The notes under the pieces are model-generated. The model made no database searches, was not told the DNA's origin, and saw only the letters and a list, made by a program, of their open reading frames with translations. A stretch of 61,160 bases of DNA from Candidatus Izemoplasma sp. (GTDB lineage Bacteria > Bacillota_I > Bacilli_A > Izemoplasmatales > Izemoplasmataceae), in NCBI GenBank assembly GCA_007117625.1, contig SKGE01000001.1, positions 1 through 61,160 on the forward strand, written 5' to 3'. Made by a program: the position numbers and the translations under genes. Every line of letters begins with the position of its first letter. Positions within the stretch are counted from its first letter, which is position 1. Below are positions 37,763 to 45,780 of the stretch, one piece after another.

Positions 37763-38683
37763 ATGAAACACATACCTGTCTTATTGAATGAATCAATCGA
37801 AGCATTAAAGATAAAAGAAAACGGCATCTATGTCGACTGCACCCTAGGGGGTGGCGGTCACAGTGAAGCGATTGTATCGCGTTTAACCACAGGCCACCTA
37901 TATGCCTTTGACCAAGATGATTTCGCCATCGAAAAAGCATCGGAAAGACTTTCGAAATATAAGGGTAAGTTTACCATTATTCGGGATAATTTCGTTCAGT
38001 TAAAAGCGCGTCTTTCAGAACTAAACGTGACAAAGGTTGATGGTATTTTGTTTGATTTAGGCGTTTCGAGTTTTCATTTTGATGACCCATCAAGAGGCTT
38101 TAGCTATAATCATGATGCAGACCTAGATATGCGGATGGACCATACCAATCCACTCACCGCTAAAGTGATTGTTAATACGTATGATGAAAAAGACCTCAAA
38201 ATGATTCTTTATCGTTATGCCGAAGAATCAATGGCTCCGCGAATTGCAAAAGAGATTGTTAAAAGACGCACGGAAAAGCCTATTGAAACAACGTTTGAAC
38301 TTGTAGATGTGATTAAACAAGCGTTGCCTCAAAAGATTCTAAACAAAAAAGGTCATCCAGCAAAAAAGACCTTTCAAGCACTGCGCATTGCAGTAAACGA
38401 TGAACTCCGGGTGTTTGAAACGGCGCTCAAAGATGCCCTTGAACTTTTGAATCCTGATGGAAGAATCGCAGTGATCAGTTTTCATTCCTTAGAAGACCGT
38501 ATTGCGAAACTAACTTTCAAAGATGCAACGACGATTTTTCATCCTAAAGAAATTGTAACGATGCCAACAGAAACACCGGATTTCGAACTTGTGCACCGTG
38601 GTGTCATCACTGCGAGCGAAGCCGAACAAGCAGAGAATAATCGCGCTCACAGTGCCAAACTAAGGGCAGTTAAAAAACTTTAA
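37763..38683 (+). CDS. rsmH: 16S rRNA (cytosine1402-N4)-methyltransferase
   Basis: HIPVLLNE, DCTLGGGGHS, DLGVSS and SFHSLEDR. Confidence 0.95.
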   Translation: MKHIPVLLNESIEALKIKENGIYVDCTLGGGGHSEAIVSRLTTGHLYAFDQDDFAIEKASERLSKYKGKFTIIRDNFVQLKARLSELNVTKVDGILFDLGVSSFHFDDPSRGFSYNHDADLDMRMDHTNPLTAKVIVNTYDEKDLKMILYRYAEESMAPRIAKEIVKRRTEKPIETTFELVDVIKQALPQKILNKKGHPAKKTFQALRIAVNDELRVFETALKDALELLNPDGRIAVISFHSLEDRIAKLTFKDATTIFHPKEIVTMPTETPDFELVHRGVITASEAEQAENNRAHSAKLRAVKKL

Positions 38684-38700
38684 AAAAGCTTTTAAAAGTA

Positions 38701-38730
38701 TTGACTTTTAAGTTTGTTTCATGCTATTAT
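38701..38730 (+). promoter_or_regulatory. Promoter of the first tRNA-Gly
   Basis: TTGACT - 18 nt - TATTAT with an extended TGc. Confidence 0.55.
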
Positions 38731-38748
38731 AACAACGCTTGAAACAAT

Positions 38749-38822
38749 GCGGGTGTAGTTTAATGGTAGAACTTCAGCCTTCCAAGCTGACTGTGTGGGT
38801 TCGATTCCCATCACCCGCTCCA
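38749..38822 (+). tRNA. tRNA-Gly (anticodon UCC), CCA encoded
   Basis: Hand-folded cloverleaf. Acceptor GCGGGTG/CACCCGC, anticodon arm TCAGC-CTTCCAA-GCTGA, T arm GTGGG-TTCGATT-CCCAT. 74 nt. Confidence 0.93.
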
Positions 38823-38831
38823 TAAAAAATC

Positions 38832-38856
38832 AACTGTGCTCTGGCACAGTTTTTTA
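38832..38856 (+). terminator. Intrinsic terminator after the first tRNA-Gly
   Basis: AACTGTGC-tctg-GCACAGTT followed by a T-run. Confidence 0.75.
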
Positions 38857-38884
38857 TTGCGCTGAGGCATTTTAAGGTTTTTGG

Positions 38885-38913
38885 TTGACCTATGTTTTAA
38901 GTTATGGTATGAT
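38885..38913 (+). promoter_or_regulatory. Promoter of the second tRNA-Gly
   Basis: TTGACC - 17 nt - TATGAT with an extended TGg. Confidence 0.55.
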
Positions 38914-38929
38914 ACTTTTAGACTCTTTT

Positions 38930-39003
38930 GCGGGTGTAGTTTAATGGTAGAACTTCAGCCTTCCAAGCTGACTGTGTGGGTTCGATTCCCATCACCCGCT
39001 CCA
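38930..39003 (+). tRNA. tRNA-Gly (anticodon UCC), second identical copy
   Basis: 74/74 identical to 38749-38822. The flanks are unrelated. Confidence 0.93.
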
Positions 39004-39013
39004 TCTAAATAAC

Positions 39014-39045
39014 AAATCCCATGTTTTCGAACATGGGATTTTTTA
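39014..39045. terminator. Bidirectional terminator (tRNA-Gly / oxidoreductase gene)
   Basis: AAATCCCATGTT-ttcg-AACATGGGATTT (12 bp) followed by a T-run. Confidence 0.8.
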
Positions 39046-39052
39046 ATGTCGC

Positions 39053-40117
39053 TTAATCTGAAGTTTCTTGATTGAGATAAATTGGCTTATTTTGCTCGGC
39101 TGAAGCATATATTGCATCAATGATGCGGGTCACTTGATAGGCTTCAAAAGCTTTTACAAGCGGTTGTTTATCGGCTTTTATCGCATCGATCCAGTGTTGC
39201 ATCTCTAATGCACCAAGATCGTTTTGTGATGTTTTGATTTTTTTAGTTTTCAGCATGTTATCTTCACTAAAGTTCAAGGTTAATCCATCATCTAAGTCAG
39301 CACCACCTTTTGTGCCGTGAAGGGTGATTTTGTTTTCTTTTGAATGTCTTGTGTTTAGCGAATAACTCGCTTCAATAATCAACGTGCTTCCAGAACGCAT
39401 CTTGATCATTGCAAAGGCACTGTCTTCAACTTCGAAATCACTCGGGTCCCAAGCCCCCCATAAGTTACCTGCAGGGGTATCTTTGTGAAGCTTTCGGTAT
39501 GTCGAACCCACGACATAGTCGACATCGTAATCACCGGTTACCCAAAGGGCTAAATCTAATGCGTGTGTTCCGACATCAATCAGTGGGCCGCCCCCTTGAA
39601 TGGTTTTGTTTAAGAAGGTTCCCCAAGTTGGTACGCCACGTCTTCTGACTGCGTGTATTTTGGTGTAATAAATCTCGCCTAAAGTGTTTTTATCGACAAG
39701 ACTTTTTAGTGCTTGAATGTCTGCGTCAAAACGATTTTGATAAGAGACTGAAAGCAATTTTTTATTTGCTTTTGCGGCATCTAGCATGGCTTTTGCGTCT
39801 TTGGCATTCGTGGCCATCGGTTTTTCAACCATCACGTGTTTGTTTGCATTTAATGCTGCGATGGTATATGCAGCATGCGATTGATTGGATGTGCAAACAT
39901 GCACCACATCGATATTAGGATCGTTGATTAAAGCGTAAGGGTCTTTGTATGTTTTTGCGGAAGTAGTTCCAAATTTTTCTCTAGCAGCATCCGCTTTTGA
40001 TTGCGTTCGATTGCTAAAACCGATGACTTCAACGCCTGGAATATTAACTAAGTTAGGCAAATGTTTATCGATTGCAATTTTCCCACAACCAATGATTCCG
40101 ATAGATGTTTTGTTCAT
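39053..40117 (-). CDS. Gfo/Idh/MocA-family NAD(P)-dependent oxidoreductase
   Basis: Rossmann IGIIGCGKIA and EKP motif (VMVEKPMA). GGAGG precedes ATG 40117. Confidence 0.88.
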   Translation of the reverse strand: MNKTSIGIIGCGKIAIDKHLPNLVNIPGVEVIGFSNRTQSKADAAREKFGTTSAKTYKDPYALINDPNIDVVHVCTSNQSHAAYTIAALNANKHVMVEKPMATNAKDAKAMLDAAKANKKLLSVSYQNRFDADIQALKSLVDKNTLGEIYYTKIHAVRRRGVPTWGTFLNKTIQGGGPLIDVGTHALDLALWVTGDYDVDYVVGSTYRKLHKDTPAGNLWGAWDPSDFEVEDSAFAMIKMRSGSTLIIEASYSLNTRHSKENKITLHGTKGGADLDDGLTLNFSEDNMLKTKKIKTSQNDLGALEMQHWIDAIKADKQPLVKAFEAYQVTRIIDAIYASAEQNKPIYLNQETSD

Positions 40118-40128
40118 TGTGACCTCCA

Positions 40129-41076
40129 TTAATAGGTTTGGTGGTACTGTATTTTTTCGTTTAAAAAAGATTCAATTTCAAAAATCATTTGATACAGGAT
40201 GGCGCGTGTTTCAAAGTCTTGACGGTTTTTCGGAAGCGGTTTGGTTCTGTAGGTTTCTAAAAGCTTGGTGAGTTTTTCTTTTTGTGGTGTGGCTTTATCT
40301 TGCTCACCAATGTCTGAAATAAGCGCTTCGAGGTAATCGGCAATCATGAACTGATGTTCGTGTGGTGCTTGTATTGCGCTTGATAATTTATACATTCTTT
40401 TTAAGTGTTGTGTTTGTGCATAGCGCATTTTTATATAAGCGATCGGTCGTTTATCTTTTGAGAAAATAATATCTTTATCGATGGTTTCAGCTTTTTTAAG
40501 CAATCTTTTTAATGTCATAAAAAGATTTTGGTAAGTAGCGTCGCTGTCATCTTTCTTGCGTAAGTTTGATACGATAAGTTCAATGAATGTTTGAATGGCA
40601 TTGTCAAACTGATTGGTATAAGAAGCTAAGATTTTTGAGCTTTTTGTTGGATAAAAGGCTTGAATTGTTAAGGCGACTAATATAGCAATAAAGATGAGTG
40701 TGAAACTGTTAAGGATGACACTGAAAGAAAACGTACCATGGATGAGTAGTTGACTGGCTAAAACCAAACTTGGAACGATGCCAGCCTCTATCTTAAGGCT
40801 ATGTGAAACTGCAATAAAGATGGGAGTAAAGAGGATAAAGATTAGTGTTGTATAGCCGAAAAAATAAAAGAAGAGAGTTCCTAAAAGAATCGCGATGACG
40901 GCATCCAAAAGACGTTTTAATGCGATATAAACAGTATCTGTTTTGGTGAGTTGAATCGATAAAACGGCTAAAATTCCAGCGGTTATTGGATTTGATAACG
41001 ATAAAGTATAGGCGATTGATATCGCTATGATGTTTGCGAGTGTCATTTGTATTGCCATGTGGTGCCAACGTTTCAT
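40129..41076 (-). CDS. Aromatic-acid-exporter (ArAE/UPF0421)-like membrane protein
   Basis: N-terminal half has 5-6 TM helices and the C-terminal half is a soluble helical domain. Stop at 40129-40131, 9 nt upstream of the RBS GGAGG (40122-40126) of the downstream oxidoreductase gene. Confidence 0.65.
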   Translation of the reverse strand: MKRWHHMAIQMTLANIIAISIAYTLSLSNPITAGILAVLSIQLTKTDTVYIALKRLLDAVIAILLGTLFFYFFGYTTLIFILFTPIFIAVSHSLKIEAGIVPSLVLASQLLIHGTFSFSVILNSFTLIFIAILVALTIQAFYPTKSSKILASYTNQFDNAIQTFIELIVSNLRKKDDSDATYQNLFMTLKRLLKKAETIDKDIIFSKDKRPIAYIKMRYAQTQHLKRMYKLSSAIQAPHEHQFMIADYLEALISDIGEQDKATPQKEKLTKLLETYRTKPLPKNRQDFETRAILYQMIFEIESFLNEKIQYHQTY

Positions 41077-41200
41077 ATCATCACATCCTCGATAGTTAAT
41101 TATCACAAAGGTCTAGTGTGTTTGTCAAATAATGATGTTTGTTTTTTCTATAAAAAGCTATATTTTTTAGTATAATGTAATAAAGGATAGGAGGTGCTTT

Positions 41201-42412
41201 ATGCGAAAAATCATCTATCGAACTTATCAAAAAGTTTTGAAACTAGCAACATATGTGATGCCGATCAAGGAACCGAAGCTGATTGAGGGTAGTCATATTG
41301 TTTTAGAGATACCGAGCATATTAAAGGCAGAAAACATCTCACGTGTGTTGCTTGTGACAGATGCAACGTTGATGGATTTAAAACTTGTAGAACCTCTCAT
41401 TAATGCTTTAAAAACTGCGAGTATTGAAGTGCATATTTATAAAGATGTTCAAGCAAATCCAACCGTTGATAATGTTGAGTCAGGATTAGCGCTTTATCAA
41501 GCGCACCAGTGTCAAGGCATTATTGCTTTTGGTGGAGGGTCTCCGATGGATTGTGCAAAAGTCGTTGGTGCGCGCGTTGCTAGACCGAAAAAGTCGATTC
41601 AAGCCATGCAGGGAATTTTGAAAGTTCGTAAAAAAACACCGTTTTTAATCGCTGTACCGACAACCGCAGGGACAGGCTCTGAAGCAACGCTTGCCGCTGT
41701 CATTTCAGATCCTAAAGCAAAGTTGAAGTTTCCGATTAATGATCATGTGTTAATGCCTAATATTGCGGTACTTGATGTTGAGCTGATTATGAAGCTTCCG
41801 CCCTTTTTTACAGCGACGACAGGGATGGATGTATTAACGCATGCCGTAGAAGCATACATTGGTAGAAGTAATACGAAACACACCAAAAAGTGGAGTGAAG
41901 ATGCGGTTATCCTTGTATTTAAATATTTACGGCGTTCTTATCAAAATCCTCAGGATAAAGAAGCGCGGAGAAACATGTTGAAAGCTTCATATTATGCAGG
42001 GTGTGCTTTTACAAGAGCGTATGTTGGGTATGTCCACGCTATTGCGCATACTTTAGGTGGGTTTTATCAAGTACCGCATGGGTATGCGAATGCAGTGGTT
42101 TTACCACAGGTGCTAAAACAGTATGGTAAACATGTCCATCGACCTTTAGCTAGACTGGCGAGATTAACTGACGTGTGTGATGAAGCAAATGATGATGCTT
42201 TATGTGCAGGTAAGTTTATTGAAGCCATTGAGTCACTCAATGAAGCTTTTTCTATTCCAAACCATATTGAAGATATTGCTTCCGAAGATATTGATTTGAT
42301 GGTGCAAAAAGCTTACCGAGAGTCAAACCCTTTATACCCAGTTCCACAGATATGGAAACGCCAAGATTTTGCAAAGATTTATCAAATGCTTGAGCAAAAA
42401 AATACCAGCTAG
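41201..42412 (+). CDS. Iron-containing (group III) alcohol dehydrogenase
   Basis: GGGSPMDCAK, metal ligands in the TGMDVLTHAVEAY / HAIAH context. 403 aa. Confidence 0.9.
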   Translation: MRKIIYRTYQKVLKLATYVMPIKEPKLIEGSHIVLEIPSILKAENISRVLLVTDATLMDLKLVEPLINALKTASIEVHIYKDVQANPTVDNVESGLALYQAHQCQGIIAFGGGSPMDCAKVVGARVARPKKSIQAMQGILKVRKKTPFLIAVPTTAGTGSEATLAAVISDPKAKLKFPINDHVLMPNIAVLDVELIMKLPPFFTATTGMDVLTHAVEAYIGRSNTKHTKKWSEDAVILVFKYLRRSYQNPQDKEARRNMLKASYYAGCAFTRAYVGYVHAIAHTLGGFYQVPHGYANAVVLPQVLKQYGKHVHRPLARLARLTDVCDEANDDALCAGKFIEAIESLNEAFSIPNHIEDIASEDIDLMVQKAYRESNPLYPVPQIWKRQDFAKIYQMLEQKNTS

Positions 42413-42435
42413 TTAATTAGCTGGTGTTTTATTTT
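42405..42435. terminator. Bidirectional terminator
   Basis: CCAGCTA-gttaat-TAGCTGG with TGTTTTATTTT downstream and an A-run upstream. Confidence 0.65.
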
Positions 42436-42832
42436 AGTTATCAAAACTGATGTTCCACTCCATCGTTGCAACATGTGAAATAGTCACATAAACACTGCAA
42501 TACTCAGTGGCAAGTTGCATCGCACGACGGACTTGATCATGCTTGTTCTCATCAACACCGGTGACGACGATATCGACTTTAACATGCTTGAGCGTTGTTG
42601 GGACTTCTTCGCGTTTTTCACCTTTAATATCATACTTGATAGCTTGAAATTGAAGGCGCTTTTTATCCATGACCGTTTGAAAGGTATGGTTTAAACATGC
42701 ACCAAGGCCTCCTAAAATCATGTCATAGGCTGCGAGGGCACCTTCTGCAGGACCAATTTGACTTGATCCATGATGTCCAGTAACGATTCCGTGATACTTG
42801 TTATCAAAGACTATTTTTACTTGATTCGGCAT
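42434..42832 (-). CDS. OsmC/Ohr-family protein
   Basis: 132 aa with an OsmC-like GGLGACLNHTF segment and a second Cys in ATEYCSVY. Confidence 0.75.
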   Translation of the reverse strand: MPNQVKIVFDNKYHGIVTGHHGSSQIGPAEGALAAYDMILGGLGACLNHTFQTVMDKKRLQFQAIKYDIKGEKREEVPTTLKHVKVDIVVTGVDENKHDQVRRAMQLATEYCSVYVTISHVATMEWNISFDN

Positions 42833-42834
42833 AG

Positions 42835-43338
42835 CTATTCTCCTTCTTTTATTTGGTTTTGATATCGCTTAACACATGCATCAATGAGTTTGACGGCATC
42901 ATCTTTGTCATAGAAATCAAACACTTCAACGAGCTTGTTTTGTTGCAAATCTTTATAGGTTTTAAAAAAATGTTTTATTTCTCGCAACATATGCTCTTGG
43001 ATATCATCCATTTTGTGAATATGACTAAAACGTGGATCGTGGTCCATAACAGCGATGATTTTTTCATCTTTTTCTCCGTTATCTACCATATCTAAGTAGC
43101 CGATTACTCGCGCATCAACGATACATCCTGGAAATGTTTTTGTGCTTGCAATGACTAAAATATCTAGAGGATCATTGTCTTCAGCTAAAGTTTCTTCGAT
43201 GTACCCATACTCTGCTGGGTAGGTCATTTGCGAGTAGAGTACGCGGTCGAGTTTGATTCTGTTTTTTTCTTTGTCAATCTCATATTTGTTTTTTGTTCCC
43301 ATAGGGATTTCAATCACTGCTTCTATAACTTTTTCCAT
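42835..43338 (-). CDS. ppa: Inorganic pyrophosphatase, family I
   Basis: EIPMGTKNKYEIDK, YPAEYGYI and DNDPLDILV. Confidence 0.93.
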   Translation of the reverse strand: MEKVIEAVIEIPMGTKNKYEIDKEKNRIKLDRVLYSQMTYPAEYGYIEETLAEDNDPLDILVIASTKTFPGCIVDARVIGYLDMVDNGEKDEKIIAVMDHDPRFSHIHKMDDIQEHMLREIKHFFKTYKDLQQNKLVEVFDFYDKDDAVKLIDACVKRYQNQIKEGE

Positions 43339-43398
43339 GGTTTACCTCTTTTCTAAACATTATACATTGCGTATTTTAAACAATCAAAGCATAGGCTC

Positions 43399-43818
43399 TT
43401 AAAGTGATTTTTTCATCATTCTATGCTCGATATTAGCATCTAAGAAAACATCTCCATAAGCCGTATATCCGAGAGACTCATAAAAGGGTATGATGTATAC
43501 TTGAGCGCCGAGTTCTAAACTTTTTAAGCCCAGTTCTTTGGCATGTTTTTCTAAAGCATCCATCAGGACTGTGCCACATTTTTTATGCCGATGTTCTTTT
43601 AAAACTGCCACTCGGCCGACTTTGTTTTTGTAAAGTCTTGCGGCACCGATGGGTTTGTCATTGTCATAAAGTGTAAATAAGGTAGCGTCATAATCCCAAT
43701 CATCAAATTCTTCGGTCCAAGCGATGGCTTGTTCTACAATAAATACATGTCCACGGACATAAAAGTGATCAAGCAATGTCTTTTTATCTTCAGCGATTTT
43801 TACGTTCACTGTGAACAC
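43399..43818 (-). CDS. GNAT-family N-acetyltransferase
   Basis: Acetyl-CoA motif A (VAVLKEHRHKKCGTVLMDAL). The start may be GTG 43818 or GTG 43809. Confidence 0.85.
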   Translation of the reverse strand: MFTVNVKIAEDKKTLLDHFYVRGHVFIVEQAIAWTEEFDDWDYDATLFTLYDNDKPIGAARLYKNKVGRVAVLKEHRHKKCGTVLMDALEKHAKELGLKSLELGAQVYIIPFYESLGYTAYGDVFLDANIEHRMMKKSL

Positions 43819-43916
43819 CTTCTATCGATTTTGTTTTTAACCATTATAACCGAATTCGTACAAAAATAAAATAAACTATGATAAAATAGATATAGTTTAA
43901 GAACGGAAGTGATCTT

Positions 43917-44258
43917 ATGGAACCTATTATTTACACGCTTATAGCCGTTGCGACGATCATTGTATTGGTGGTTGTATTTTTTGTTGCACGGATGAAAATT
44001 AAACGTCGCCCAGGGTTAGATGTTGATGTCATATTTATGGCGCTCGGTGAAGATAATATCCGTGAAATAGATTTTAAGCGCAGTAAAATAAACGTAACCT
44101 TGAAGAATCATAAAAATGCAGACAAGGAAGCGCTCAAAGCTGCGGGAGCTACAGGTATAAATGTCGTTGGGAATAAGATAAAGTTTTATTTTGATGAGGA
44201 TACTGAAACGGTTTATGAGAGTTTGAGGGAGCGCTATGACGCCAACGTTGAAGCGTAA
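43917..44258 (+). CDS. Membrane-anchored PTS EIIB(Glc)-like domain protein lacking the phospho-Cys
   Basis: One N-terminal TM helix. LGEDNIREIDFKRSKINVTLKN...ALKAAGATGINVVGNKIKFYF aligns by eye to the EIIB pattern LGGkeNI..vd.CATRLR..., with Lys in place of Cys. Confidence 0.6.
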   Translation: MEPIIYTLIAVATIIVLVVVFFVARMKIKRRPGLDVDVIFMALGEDNIREIDFKRSKINVTLKNHKNADKEALKAAGATGINVVGNKIKFYFDEDTETVYESLRERYDANVEA

Positions 44259-44511
44259 ATTTGTTTTAAATAATGCAGAAGGACTGCATGCTCGACCAGC
44301 GACGACACTGGTGAAAATTGCCAATGAGTTCAATGCCAAACTTCATTTACTCCATGGGAATGAGCGTGTTGATTTAAAGTCAATTATGGGTGTGTTATCT
44401 TTAGGCGTTCCGCAAGGGTCTGAAGTTGTCATTGAAGCGGTTGGGGATGATGCTGACCGCGCTTTGATTAAAATTATCGATTTTTTAAATCAGTTAAATC
44501 TAAAAAAATAG
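44236..44511 (+). CDS. ptsH: Phosphocarrier protein HPr
   Basis: GLHARPAT (active His) and the LKSIMGV regulatory Ser. RBS GAGGGAG. Overlaps the upstream gene by 23 nt. Confidence 0.93.
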   Translation: MTPTLKRKFVLNNAEGLHARPATTLVKIANEFNAKLHLLHGNERVDLKSIMGVLSLGVPQGSEVVIEAVGDDADRALIKIIDFLNQLNLKK

Positions 44512-44523
44512 CATAGGGATATG

Positions 44524-45525
44524 CTATTTTTGTTTTCTTCCAAGTCCAATCTTATGGTTGAATTTCGCGATTTTTTTACGTGCGATACGTTCTGCATGGG
44601 CTTTTCCTTGGTCTAAGATGGTGTCAACTTCACCGCTTTTTATAACCTCGTGATATTTTTCTTTAATCGGTTTTAACTCTTTGACCACAGCTTCTGCAAC
44701 GACTTCTTTAAAGGTTTTGTAGTCGGTATCTTTATAGGTGTTTACAAGGGTTTCGATGCTTTCGTTGGTAATGGCGCTTAAGATTGATAAGAGGTTACTG
44801 ATACCTGGTTTATTATTAGGGTCAAAACGGATTTGTCCATCGGTATCTGTCACTGCGGACATGATGCGTTTTCGGATGATATTGTCATCGTCTAATAACA
44901 GAATTCTTGATTTAATATTATCGTCGGATTTACTCATTTTTTTAGTCGGTTCGGTGAGGCTCATGATGCGTGCTCCTACTTTTGGAATCAGCGGTTTAGG
45001 TACGGTAAAGAAATCACCGTAGCGGTTGTTTACACGGATTGCGAGATCTCTTGTAAGTTCTAAGTGCTGTTTTTGATCGTCACCGACAGGGACGTACTCA
45101 GCATCATAAAGTAATATATCACCGGCCATTAAGGCTGGGTAGGTGAACAGACTTGAAGTGACGCCTTTTTCTTGACGTTGGGCTTTTTCTTTAAATTGAG
45201 TCATCCGTTCGAGTTCACCCATGTAGGTGAAGCATTGTAATAAATAGCTCATCTGTGAGTGTGCTTCAATTTCTGATTGGATGAATAATGAGAGATTGTC
45301 TGTCTTTAAGCCGCACGCTAAATAAAGTGCGGCAACTTCTTTGATGCTTTTTCTAAGTTCTGCACGGTCTCTTGGAATCGTGATTGCGTGTAAATCAGCG
45401 ATAAAAATAAGGAAGTGGTGATCTTTATAGGCTTCTTGTAAGCGAACAAAGTTTTTAATGCTTCCTAAGTAGGTTCCAATGTTTAAAGAACCGGTTGGCT
45501 GAATGCCAGATACGATATGTTTCAT
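44524..45525 (-). CDS. trpS: Tryptophan--tRNA ligase
   Basis: Class I aaRS. N-terminal SGIQPTGSLNIGTYLG and KMSKS. Confidence 0.96.
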   Translation of the reverse strand: MKHIVSGIQPTGSLNIGTYLGSIKNFVRLQEAYKDHHFLIFIADLHAITIPRDRAELRKSIKEVAALYLACGLKTDNLSLFIQSEIEAHSQMSYLLQCFTYMGELERMTQFKEKAQRQEKGVTSSLFTYPALMAGDILLYDAEYVPVGDDQKQHLELTRDLAIRVNNRYGDFFTVPKPLIPKVGARIMSLTEPTKKMSKSDDNIKSRILLLDDDNIIRKRIMSAVTDTDGQIRFDPNNKPGISNLLSILSAITNESIETLVNTYKDTDYKTFKEVVAEAVVKELKPIKEKYHEVIKSGEVDTILDQGKAHAERIARKKIAKFNHKIGLGRKQK

Positions 45526-45544
45526 AATTATGCCTCCTATTTAA

Positions 45545-45745
45545 TAAAAAAGCCCTTAGCTGTATGCTAAGGGCGAATTATCCGCGGTACCACCTTAATT
45601 CCGGCAAAGCCGGCACTTGAGTCCCTATAACGCGGGAAACGGTTCCACTCCCAGGCCCATTCATATGTGTCTTGTCTTTGGCTTTCACCGTGTCCAAAGT
45701 CGCTTAACCAAGCATGTTCATATTACTTTTCCTGTTCATTGTGTT
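45545..45745 (-). promoter_or_regulatory. T-box riboswitch leader (Trp)
   Basis: All read on the minus strand. Distal-loop GGTGAAAGCC. Specifier GAA-UGG-G (UGG at 45659-45657). T-box AATTAAGGTGGTACCGCGG at 45600-45582. Terminator GCCCTTAGC-ataca-GCTAAGGGC plus a T-run at 45574-45545. Confidence 0.9.
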
Positions 45746-45751
45746 ACTCAT

Positions 45752-45780
45752 ATCATACTGTGTTTAGGCTTTTAATGCAA
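45752..45780 (-). promoter_or_regulatory. Promoter of the trpS leader, overlapping the pepF stop
   Basis: On the minus strand, TTGCAT (45780-45775) - 17 nt - TATGAT (45757-45752). The -35 box lies in the last pepF codons. Confidence 0.55.

Noticed and set aside
39053-43818. Possible genomic island after the tRNA-Gly pair. It is a block of mostly minus-strand accessory-type genes: oxidoreductase, ArAE, Fe-ADH, OsmC, PPase and GNAT.
   Set aside because: There is no integrase or recombinase and no repeat of the tRNA 3' end that could serve as an att site. There are no mobility genes, and I see no obvious compositional break by eye. ppa is a core gene.
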